64,000 bases of DNA, taken from the NCBI GenBank assembly GCA_033442325.1, contig JAWQFM010000010.1, forward strand, positions 371,483 to 435,482. The letters run 5' to 3'. Position numbers and translations under genes: made by a program. This stretch comes from Salpingoeca rosetta (lineage: Eukaryota; Protista; Choanoflagellata). Every line of letters begins with the position of its first letter. Position 1 is the stretch's first letter. The notes beneath the pieces were generated by a model. That model made no database searches. It was not told the origin of the DNA and saw only the letters and a program-made list of their open reading frames with translations. Shown here piece by piece: positions 1-64,000 of this stretch.

Positions 1-748
1 GCCCCCTCCTGGCAGCCGCCCTCTGTTCGCGCTTCTTTTTCTTTGGAAGTCCCTCCGTGACATTTGCCCGTCCCCCAGAGCCTGGTGCTGCCGGCAATGG
101 GGGGCGCGGCCGCTGCGCCTCCGCCCGCTCGGGCACCTTCCTCGCCTGCCGTGGAACAAACGATGACATTATGGTGTGTGGTCGTGTGGTGTGTGGGGTG
201 TGGTGGGTTTGCTTGGTGCTTGGTGTCGTGTGTCGCAGGCAGGCAGGAGGTCGTTCGTCCTCGAAGTGCCGACGACGACACCACAAACAATGTGCAAACT
301 GAATTCAGCATCCGAAACATTCCTGCCCCAACGCAAGCACGTCGTTGCGTTGCGTTCTTGCGCGCACGCAAAACAGAAGTAACATAACAATAACCGCCAA
401 GGTCGTTTGGGCTTGGGGCGGCCATCGTGGAGGCAACATGATGCAAGGGAAACATGGCAGCCAGCCAGCGTGCGTAGTGTTGCGCCAATGATCTGATCGC
501 TTTGCTGCTTGCGTCTCCTTCCCCCCCACCTCTCTCTCGCCCTTCCCCCGTTCTTCCGTTGTGAAGCAGGCGATGCTCATTTCTTCAGAGCATTCACCCG
601 CACAGAGCAGTGCCTGCTTGCCTGGGTGGCTTCTCTTCTTCTCGGCATTGATCGCTCTTCCTCCAGTCCAGCAGTCCATTGTCTCGGCGCCTTGGTTGGT
701 TGGAGCCTTCAGTCGAAGCAAGCGAGCGGTAGCGACCACGCAAAGTAA
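1..748 (+). CDS. Possible 3' exons of a gene entering from the left edge (unidentified, Pro/Ala-rich)
   Basis: Coding-like stretches (..PQSLVLPAMGGAAAAPPPARAP.., QEVVRPRSADDDTTNNVQTEF..) are separated by a GT-rich gt..ag segment (~174-242). No recognisable domain; exon phases are not resolved. Confidence 0.25.
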
Positions 749-853
749 GAACCAGGAACCAAGCACCAAGAACGGAAAGCGGATCAACTGCCAGCGATGC
801 CCAAGAGCAAGATGGTGGATGTTTCTGCTGCGGCGCCTTGTCAGCGAGGCAGC

Positions 854-6645
<5,792 letters not shown>

Positions 6646-7100
6646 CAGCGTCGTGTGTGTGTGTGAGTGTGTGTGTGTGCTTTGATTGTGAGTGTGTGTG
6701 TGTGTGTATTCACGTTCCTGTGTGAGTTTAAGTGTGGTTGTTTGTCCTATGCACTCCACCCTGGCTTTGAAGTGTGCTCGCACGTAAATCATGTTTACGA
6801 CGCCTGGGTGACGTTGCGTACTGTGTGGTAGTGCACCTTGTGTACCTTGTGGTTTTTGGAGCTTGGCGCTGAGAGGCAGCCCGGCCAAAGAAATGAAATG
6901 TAACAGAAGAGCAAATACGCAGCTGAATCAAGACACATAAAGTAATGTAACACCACTTCACCGACAGCACACAAACGTTGACTGCGAGGGAGAAGGAATG
7001 GATGGCAAGCAGTTCACGCGAAGCACGCCACCATATGAGCTGGCCAAGCAACCAACCAGCCAGCCGGCCAGCCATCCAACCAACTAACCACGCACATGCA

Positions 7101-13684
<6,584 letters not shown>

Positions 13685-14209
13685 GCTGGTGGAGGGGAGC
13701 GGGGGGAGCACTGGTGGTTTGTGCCACTGTTGCTGTTTGTTTGTTGCGTGAAGGTGCTGAAGAGCAACAAACGGAAGGTACTGAGGAGAGTGGCGACCTT
13801 GGCTCTTGCGCGGGTCGCCCTGTGCTCCTCTGCCTCGCTCACTCTGCAACTTTGGATCGTAGGTAGGCCGCAGGGAGCAGGGGAGGGTGGAGGAAAGATG
13901 CCAAGCAAGGCAAGCAAGCAAGGCAAGCAAGAGAGCAAGGTAAGCGAGCGAGCAAGGAAGGGCCAGCTGCGAGGGTTTGTTGTGTTTGTCGTCTTGGTTG
14001 GTCTTTGGTGGACGGGATTGCCGAATATTCACAGAAGTTTTCAGCCATTTCTCCATAACCACCTCACTTTCTTTCTGATTGTGGTGTGCGCTCGCGACCT
14101 CCTTCTGCATCGTCTTAGCCTTTCTTTGCGTGTCATACACACAGACGGACACGTACGCGGCTTGCTTTTGTGTTGAGGTAATCGCGGCCTTGAAGGTGTG
14201 CCAGCAGCC
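13685..14209. promoter_or_regulatory. Putative bidirectional promoter between the SH3 adaptor (-) and SPT6 (+)
   Basis: Head-to-head start codons ~525 bp apart. No specific element was identified. Confidence 0.45.
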
Positions 14210-28494
<14,285 letters not shown>

Positions 28495-29056
28495 TGACGA
28501 ACATGCTTTGTGCTGTTGTTGTTCGCTCGTGTCGCTGACATGTGATGTTTGCTGATGCGTCCAGTTCCTTGTTGCGTGATTACGACATGTGCGTGCGTTG
28601 TGTGTGTGTGTGTGTGTGCGTACATGGGTGCATGTGTGCGTACACGTGTGCATGCGTGTGTGTGTGTGTGTGCTGCTACAATACAGAACAGAACAATGCA
28701 GAGCAAGGAGTGCTCTGGACTGTATGATGAGTTGATTGTGCGTTTTTCTTCGACTTGGCAGAATGCACTGCCACACCATCATGAGAGGGCAGAGCAATCG
28801 CAAACACGACACACGAGGACACCGAAACCACGACTAACATGCACCCATTGCTCATATCTTGTGTCAGGGCACCTGGTCACCACTCCTTCACCCATTCACG
28901 CACCAGCACCAACACTGCATCTCACCATTTGTAACCAAGCGCCAAAGACACAGATAAAAGCAAGACAACAACAACGGAGCGCACGCGAGGACGTGCATGT
29001 CGAGAAATATTGTCTCCGATGAGACGTCGATGCGTGCACGTGTGAGCGATGGTTGG

Positions 29057-29499
29057 TTATGCAGATGGTGCAGCACGGCGGGCGGCAATCTCCTGCTCTA
29101 CTCGCGTCCACAAGGCCTTGCCAAGGTCGGTGTCTGTTGCGTCTGCACGCTGCGGCTTCTCCTTGTGCATGTGGAAGTAGCGGCCTGTTGTCTCGCCAAA
29201 CTCCTTGGCGCCAGCGAGCACAATCACCTGTAACGTGACGATATAGGATAATGTGGAGAAGTGGGATAGCAGTGATGCGTCAACAGAAGGGAGGGGGGAC
29301 AGCGTGTGGATGAGAACATGAGGCGGGGGCAAGAAAGAGGGTGGAGCGCAGCCCGATACAGCGAAGCAGTGGTGGAGGACAGTGGGCAGCTGACACGCCC
29401 AAGGGAAAGACGATACAAAAGTTGAAATCGTAGCTGACACACACACACACGCACACATGTGCACACACACACATAGAGAGCCGCGCACACAAAGACAAA

Positions 29500-29570
<71 letters not shown>

Positions 29571-29595
29571 CACTACACACACACACACGACACAC

Positions 29596-29647
<52 letters not shown>

Positions 29648-29846
29648 GCACGGCGTCAGCCTTCATGAAGAGGCCATCCATGGCCTGCCAGAAGATGCTG
29701 TCTTGCTGCACGACCGTCCAGTCTGTTGTCGATCGCACATACATCTCCATCTTTACTGCAATCGCGGTGACAATCACCGCCACGACAAGGCCTCGCACCC
29801 ATCGCTTATCACGGACGTGGGCCGGGGAAGGTGACCGCTGCACCAT
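29057..29846 (-). CDS. Small two-exon protein (123 aa): N-terminal TM segment plus the C-terminal tail typical of RDH/WWOX-like short-chain dehydrogenases; catalytic core absent
   Basis: Exon 29846-29646 (MVQRSP..WVRGLVVAVIVTAIAV..DAVQ|gtgtg) and exon 29227-29057 (VIVLAGAKEFGETTGRYF..ADATDTDLGKALWTRVEQEI..*), both phase 0. The G-x-Y-F...A-x-D-x-x-x-x-x-x-L-W-x-x-x-E pattern is the usual SDR C-terminus. Confidence 0.55.
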
Positions 29847-30042
29847 CGCTGTCGCTACCGCTGTCTGTGATGATGATCTCCCTGCTCTTGTGTGTCTTGG
29901 TGGGTTGTTTTGGCTGGTTGCTCGCGTGTATCAAGTGAGGAGTGAGGCCGTTGTGACGAAAGTTTGCTTTCGCTTCACTTCTTCTTTCTTGCTTCTTTGC
30001 TTGCTGTTTGCTGTTTCCTTGCTTGGTTGATTGGCTTTGATG

Positions 30043-30087
<45 letters not shown>

Positions 30088-30321
30088 CTTCTCCTTGTTC
30101 GTTCTCGCTTTCATCGCATCATCAGTTAATAGTAATACACACGCATGCACGCCTTCCAACACCAATACCACCACCTCCTTCTCCTCCACTTCACCACTCC
30201 ACACCACAAACTCACGCGTGTACAAAGATGCCTAAACGAGTATATCACACACACACACACACATCACAGCAGCAACAAAAACGGCGCTGTCACCCTCCTT
30301 GAACCACCACGACGATCGCCG

Positions 30322-38069
<7,748 letters not shown>

Positions 38070-38547
38070 GGCCTTGTCACGCAGAAGCCAATGGCGGAGG
38101 ACGAGGCTGTTTGGGAAATGAGCATCGACGAGCAAGCAAGCAAGTTGGCCGGCGTTGTGATGTGGTGATGATGTGACAGAGCAACTCGGCAACAAGAAGA
38201 ACAAGGAGGGCCTGGCAAGCGCGTCGCAATGATTTCCAGGGAAGACGGGGATGAGGACGATGCACACCAGATTGGGGGGGGGGGGGCAAAGGAAGAGGGC
38301 TTTCAGCAAAGCAGGCAAGACAGCAAGCGATGGTGGTGGCGGTGCTGGATGTTGTGGTGTGAAGTTATTGTTCGCAACTCTCTTTGTGGTTTGTCTGTCT
38401 GTTGCGCCGACTTTGCTTCCAAGAATTCGCAAGGCTTGCGCGTTTGAAGGCAGAAGAGGTGAATGATCACTTAAACAGCCATCACATCACACAGAAAGGG
38501 GAGGGGTCCACGATGACAACAATTAAGATTTGATGTTCATTTATTTT

Positions 38548-42140
<3,593 letters not shown>

Positions 42141-42593
42141 GGTTTGCTTGGGGCACGAAAAGTTGTGTAAATCATTAACGAGGTTTCCTCAATGACGCCA
42201 AACTCGTTTGGGAAGCGTTGCACAACAACGAGGTGATGATGCGAGATGTTGGTTTGAGATGGAGACCTGAATTGAATGAAGTGCAATGATGATGACGATG
42301 GAGGTGGTGACATGATGAGGGGCAAGCAAGGTGCTGAGTGCCCCCTCCCCCACTTGCTTGGGTGGTGGCTGGTTGGTGAGGGTTGTGGATTTGGGTGGCT
42401 TTGCTTGTCTGTGGCAATTGTAACAACTGTAATGTGGCAAGTCTGTTTCACCAATTCACGTTCTCAGCCTGTTTGTTTCCCCTCTGACCTACCTCCTCCT
42501 CCTCTGACTCGTCGCCACTTGACTCGCACAACTTACACACACACACACAGAGTATATGCATACTCACGCAGTCTCTCATTCCCCACACGCATT

Positions 42594-42673
<80 letters not shown>

Positions 42674-42753
42674 CTGCACAAACGCGCGCACGTTCAAAGC
42701 ACAGACGGAGGCGGCCGGTTGTCGTCGTTTGGTCACACCACACCCCGACCACC
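42141..42753. promoter_or_regulatory. Putative bidirectional promoter between CIAO1 (-) and RTK-B (+)
   Basis: Head-to-head ATGs ~610 bp apart. Confidence 0.45.
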
Positions 42754-51432
<8,679 letters not shown>

Positions 51433-52261
51433 GACGTGTGTGTGTGTGTGTGTGTGTGTGTCTGTGTGTCTGTGTCTGTGCGTCTCTGTCTCTGTCTATC
51501 TGTCTATGGATGTGTGTCTACTTGTGTGGGAGTAATTTTGATTGTTTTCTCTGGCGATGTGCCTGTTTTGCTTGAGTTTTCGTAGCTGACATGTACACTG
51601 CTGATGTGCTTTCTTATTTCCGCTCATCCAACCCATCCATGCTTCGTTCGTTGTCGTGTGATGTCATGTGCTGGTTAGGGTCGTGCTTCCAACCGTTATT
51701 GTCTTGACCCATCGCTTCTGTGCATTATTTTTTTCCATCCTTTTCTGTCCCTCTTGCTGCATGCATGCCCGTGTGCAGTGTGCATTTCATCCTAATATAC
51801 AACCCAATCCCGGACCACTTTGACGTGCAAACTGGCACACTTGTCAGGCACACCCACACGCACACACACACACACACGCACACACACACACACGCACACA
51901 CATGCACGCACACACTCATACATACACACACATGCACGCACATACGCCCTCGCGATTGGTTGATCGGTGTATTGACAACATATTGAAAGAAGTGCACAAC
52001 AAACGAGCAAAGATGAGCAAGCAAGGAATCAAGCAAGCATTCAAGCAAAGAAAACATCGTGCATGCAGCAGCAAGGGCGCCCATCCAACCATTCCAAGTC
52101 CACCCATGTAGGGGCGCACATGAGCAGGCAAGGGGGCGAGAGCTACACATGCACGCGTGCGGGCAAGGGACATGTACACACAGCGGGAATCTGGGATGAT
52201 CGTGCACAACTCGCAATCAACTACGCATGTTGCAACTGCGGCGACGCACGCAAGCACACAA

Positions 52262-52323
<62 letters not shown>

Positions 52324-53841
52324 CTAGACGGTGAGTACAGGCATCGGTTTTGCCTCTGCGGCTTCGGCGGTGTCCTGCTTCTCCTCTTCTTCTCCCTCTG
52401 CCTTGTCCCCCTTCTTCGCATCAACGGCCTGGCTCGTGGCCATGCTTGGCGGTGGGCTGCGGGGATCCTCAGGCTTGAGGGCGCCGTCGTCATCGCCCCC
52501 AGCAACAACCGCCTCACCTTCCTTATCCTCACCCTTCTTCTCCCCTGCCTCCTCCTGCTTCTCTTCCTCTCCCTTCTTCTCCTCTGCCTCTTCGCTATCC
52601 TTCTTCCCCACGGCTGTGCTTGTTGCCATGCTGGGTGGCGGGCTGCGGGGATCCTCGGGTTTGGCGGATTCGGCGTCGTTGTCCTCTGTTGACTTCTCCT
52701 CGCTCTCCTTCTCAATCTCAGCAGCTGTCTCCGCCTCCGCCTCCTTGCTCGGCTCGGCCTCTTCCTCCCCGCCCTCCGCCAGGGGCTCCAGCGTCTGTTC
52801 AATGTCCTCCTTTGTTGGGCCGCTGGCGCTTGGCCCCGCCGTGCTGGTCGCCATGCTTGGCGGTGGGCTGGGCGGACCCTCGGCATCGCTTGTCTTCTTC
52901 TCGCTCGCGACCTGCGCTTCGGCAGCGGACGAGGGGGCTGCGCTGGGGTCGACGTGCTTGTCCAGCCACTCCACGATCATGGTGTGAATCTTCTCCGACG
53001 CCTCGGGCAGCTCGTGCAGCAGGTTGTGACGGTGCTCGGGGAAGGTCACGAGCTTTTTGTCCTTGCTGCCGGCGTTGTCAACGAGGAAGCGGGAGGCGAC
53101 CATGGACGTGATCTTGTCGTCCTCGCCGTGCAGGACGAGGAGCGGCGCCGTGATCTTGTCCACGCGCTTCTCCAGGTCCTCGCAGGCTGCAAGCACGGCC
53201 ATGGCAAAGCAGGCGCGCATCTTGCCGTGGTACACGAGCGGGTCGGCCTTGTAGTCCTCGACTTCGTCCTTGTTGCGGCTGATCCAGTCCAGCTCGAGGC
53301 GGGTCACGCCCAGGCGGGGCGCCACCTTGTTCAGCATCTTGGCCATGCGCACGCGGCCTTTTGTGGCGGTGCGCGGGTCGGGCTTGACGGCGGGCGCCAC
53401 GAGCACCATGCCGTCAACGCGGACCTGCGTGTTCACGAGGCAGGCGATGAGGCCGCCCAGGGAGATGCCCGCGAGGAAGATGGGGAGGTTCGGGTGCACA
53501 CGGCGCAGCTCGCGCACCTCCGCCACCACGTCGCGCACGTACACGTCAAAGTCGTGGATGACATTGCGTTCGCCGTCGCTGCGGCCGTGCCCCACGTAGT
53601 CGTGGGCCACCACCTTGTAGTTGGCGGCGTTGAGGCGCTCGGCCGTGGAGTCGTAGCGGCGGCAGTGCTCCATGCCGCCATGCAGGAAGAACACGATGCC
53701 CTTTGGCTCGGCACTGCAGGCGTCCCACACATGCCGGTGCAGCCTCTGGCCGTCCTCGTTCACAAGCACCTTGCCTCCATTCTCGAGGCGGATGTTCCAA
53801 GTGCGCTTTGCGCGCACCGTCGATTGTCGCCGCACAGGCAT
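52324..53841 (-). CDS. MGLL: Monoacylglycerol lipase (alpha/beta hydrolase, Hydrolase_4) with ~210-aa acidic C-terminal extension; intronless
   Basis: Single 505-aa ORF. Segments LVNEDGQRL, HGGMEHCRRY, HDYVGHGRSDGER, FDVYVRDV, nucleophile GISLGG, SRNKDEVEDYKADPL, HGEDD (catalytic Asp) and HNLLHELPE (catalytic His) align motif by motif with animal MGLL as I recall it. Confidence 0.88.
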   Translation of the reverse strand: MPVRRQSTVRAKRTWNIRLENGGKVLVNEDGQRLHRHVWDACSAEPKGIVFFLHGGMEHCRRYDSTAERLNAANYKVVAHDYVGHGRSDGERNVIHDFDVYVRDVVAEVRELRRVHPNLPIFLAGISLGGLIACLVNTQVRVDGMVLVAPAVKPDPRTATKGRVRMAKMLNKVAPRLGVTRLELDWISRNKDEVEDYKADPLVYHGKMRACFAMAVLAACEDLEKRVDKITAPLLVLHGEDDKITSMVASRFLVDNAGSKDKKLVTFPEHRHNLLHELPEASEKIHTMIVEWLDKHVDPSAAPSSAAEAQVASEKKTSDAEGPPSPPPSMATSTAGPSASGPTKEDIEQTLEPLAEGGEEEAEPSKEAEAETAAEIEKESEEKSTEDNDAESAKPEDPRSPPPSMATSTAVGKKDSEEAEEKKGEEEKQEEAGEKKGEDKEGEAVVAGGDDDGALKPEDPRSPPPSMATSQAVDAKKGDKAEGEEEEKQDTAEAAEAKPMPVLTV

Positions 53842-54258
53842 GCTTGCTGTTGCTGCTGCTGTTGTTGCTTGTCGTTCTGGGTGTCAAAGAGGCGAGAGAG
53901 AGTGTGTGTGTGAGAGTGAGAGCGTGTGTGTGTGGTGCTCTGGTGCGGATGAATGAATGGATGCTGGCTGATGATGAAAGTGGGTGGAGTGGCGTCAAGC
54001 CAAGCGAAGAAGCAACAAGAGAGTGCGCAAACAGGCAATGCCGCCGAATATTTACTGAAAATGTACACAAAAGCCGTCTCCAAAATAAAAACCCCACGAC
54101 ACACAAAGATGTGTGTCGTCGCGTGGAAGGAAGGACAGCAGGTGGATGCGGACTGCACACGCACACACACACACACACGCACAAGCACAAGCACACGCAC
54201 ACACGCACAAGCACACGCACGCACGCACACACACCTACACACACACACACACACATGA

Positions 54259-62635
<8,377 letters not shown>

Positions 62636-62914
62636 CCAAGCCCCTGCTCGTCTGCTATCGAGGGTGGAAGGAACAGAGGAGAGGCAGGTTGGGAAGAGGG
62701 GAAGAAGGGAACAACAGAGAAAGAAGAACAACAAACTCTCGCTCGTCTTTGCTGTTGCCATCGAGCATTTGTTTGCTGAAATTTCCCTGAAGACATTCGC
62801 CAATAGCACACAACAGAAGCAAGCAAGAAAGCAAGCAACCACATACATACATTCATCCCAACAACAAACAAGCAAGCAACAAGCAACCAGCTGCTGCTGT
62901 CGTCCTCATCATCA

Positions 62915-62948
<34 letters not shown>

Positions 62949-62970
62949 CACTTGACGCCGCGACTGAACA
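62636..62970. promoter_or_regulatory. Putative bidirectional promoter between the inversin-like gene (-) and the TMEM35-like gene (+)
   Basis: Head-to-head genes ~335 bp apart; depends on the tentative INVS start. Confidence 0.35.
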
Positions 62971-63393
62971 ATGGGCTTCTTGCGAGGACTTGCGCGCGTG
63001 GTGCTCGGCCTTGCGCTGAGCGTGGTCTTCATCATGGCGGCAGCAGTGAAGCTGTCGCCGCAGGTGAACAAGGAGGTGCACGAGGAGCTGGCCCAGGAGT
63101 TTGCGCAGAAGTACAGCGAAATCTGGATGGTGTCTGAGTTTGGCATCACCCACGAGGAGTTCCGCATGGCCATTGGCGGCCTTGAGATTGTGCTCGTCCT
63201 CCTGCTCTGGGTCCTGCCTCGCTTCAGTGCCCTCATGCTCTCCAGTATCATGGCCGGCGCCATCTACACCCACTATGCGGCGCACGACCCGCCCGTGAAG
63301 ATGGCCGTGTGCGGCATCCTCATGGCGCTCCTCTTTGCCTTCATGCTCCTCTCCGGACCTCAGCCCAAGACCGGCAAGAAGAAGCGCGCTTAA
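62971..63393 (+). CDS. TMEM35: TMEM35/NACHO-like DoxX-family ER membrane protein (140 aa, intronless)
   Basis: Four hydrophobic segments. Motifs F-x-x-x-x-x-K-L-S-P..E, G-I..R-x-x-I-G-x-L-E and H-x-x-x-x-D-P match TMEM35A/B. The C-terminus GKKKRA fits a KKxx ER-retrieval signal. Strong GC3 codon bias. Confidence 0.8.
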   Translation: MGFLRGLARVVLGLALSVVFIMAAAVKLSPQVNKEVHEELAQEFAQKYSEIWMVSEFGITHEEFRMAIGGLEIVLVLLLWVLPRFSALMLSSIMAGAIYTHYAAHDPPVKMAVCGILMALLFAFMLLSGPQPKTGKKKRA

Positions 63394-63943
63394 ACGACGC
63401 ACCAGTGTCTGTGATCGTGTGTTTGTGCGTGTATGATCGTGTGTTTGTTTGTTTGTGCGTGTGTATGTGTCTGTGTGGGTAGGAGAATTGTGTCCGCCTG
63501 CGTATGTGTGCGCGTGTGGCTGTCTGTCTGTCTGTCCGTCCGTGTGTCACCTGCGTGCGCGTACTTATCCTGAGAAGGAGAAGTGCGCTCACGTGATGCG
63601 ACGCCACACAGTTTGTGGGTGTGTCCTTGCTTTCTGGGTCGTGTACACGCGCTTCAAGCGGGAATACCTTCAACAACTGACAACATGTTGGCGCCAACTA
63701 CACCCTTCAGTTCATTTCTGTGCATCATGATGTTGTCCTTCATATCTGATTAAGTGCATTCCTACGACTGGTTTGTTGTCTGTGCTGCGTTTTGGGTGTG
63801 TATGGCGCCTGTTGAGCTGGGACACCTGTCTCGTTTGTGTTATCCAATACAAACCAACCCAGCACAGGCAAGTCAACTCGGGTGCAGAACGGACGGTGTG
63901 AACGAGCACACACATGACCCAGCATGGAGATACAGAGAGAGAG

Positions 63944-63997
<54 letters not shown>

Positions 63998-64000
63998 TGA

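Noticed and set aside
13900-13955. (GCAA)n-like motif near several gene starts as a promoter element
   Set aside because: The same repeat occurs in introns (~25860-25940) and 3' regions (~52018-52047), so it cannot be told apart from background microsatellite.
52324-53841. Horizontal transfer of the intronless, high-GC lipase from bacteria
   Set aside because: Motif-level similarity to animal MGLL (LVNxDGQ, HDxVGHGxSxGER, SRNKxEV, LHxELPE) argues for vertical descent; lack of introns alone is insufficient.

Overview
Eukaryotic, intron-rich, GC-rich genomic DNA with (GT)n/(CA)n microsatellites in most introns and three assembly gaps. Composition and gene content point to a choanoflagellate, most likely Salpingoeca rosetta; this assignment is inferred. 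Almost all ORF-track entries are microsatellite artefacts, so genes were rebuilt by hand from GT-AG-bounded exons. Ten genes are supported, plus one weak fragment at the window start. In order: (1) a secreted Thr-mucin / 2x DPYEPND (PPC-like) / long receptor-L-type leucine-rich-repeat protein; (2) a four-SH3 adaptor rich in YxxV/I/M motifs; (3) SPT6 with an unusual WG-repeat tail; (4) a small membrane protein carrying only an SDR C-terminal tail; (5) a minus-strand receptor tyrosine kinase with Venus-flytrap (VFT, ANF_receptor) ectodomain(s), a ~195-aa N-lobe insert and a polyQ tail; (6) CIAO1/CIA1; (7) a second, plus-strand VFT receptor tyrosine kinase; (8) monoacylglycerol lipase with a repeated acidic tail; (9) an inversin-like ankyrin/IQ protein; (10) a TMEM35/NACHO-like ER protein. 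The best candidate system is the divergent pair of VFT tyrosine kinase receptors. One keeps the mGluR-type amino-acid-binding signature, while the other has lost it and gained docking sites. Both receptors and the SH3 adaptor end in class I PDZ-binding motifs.
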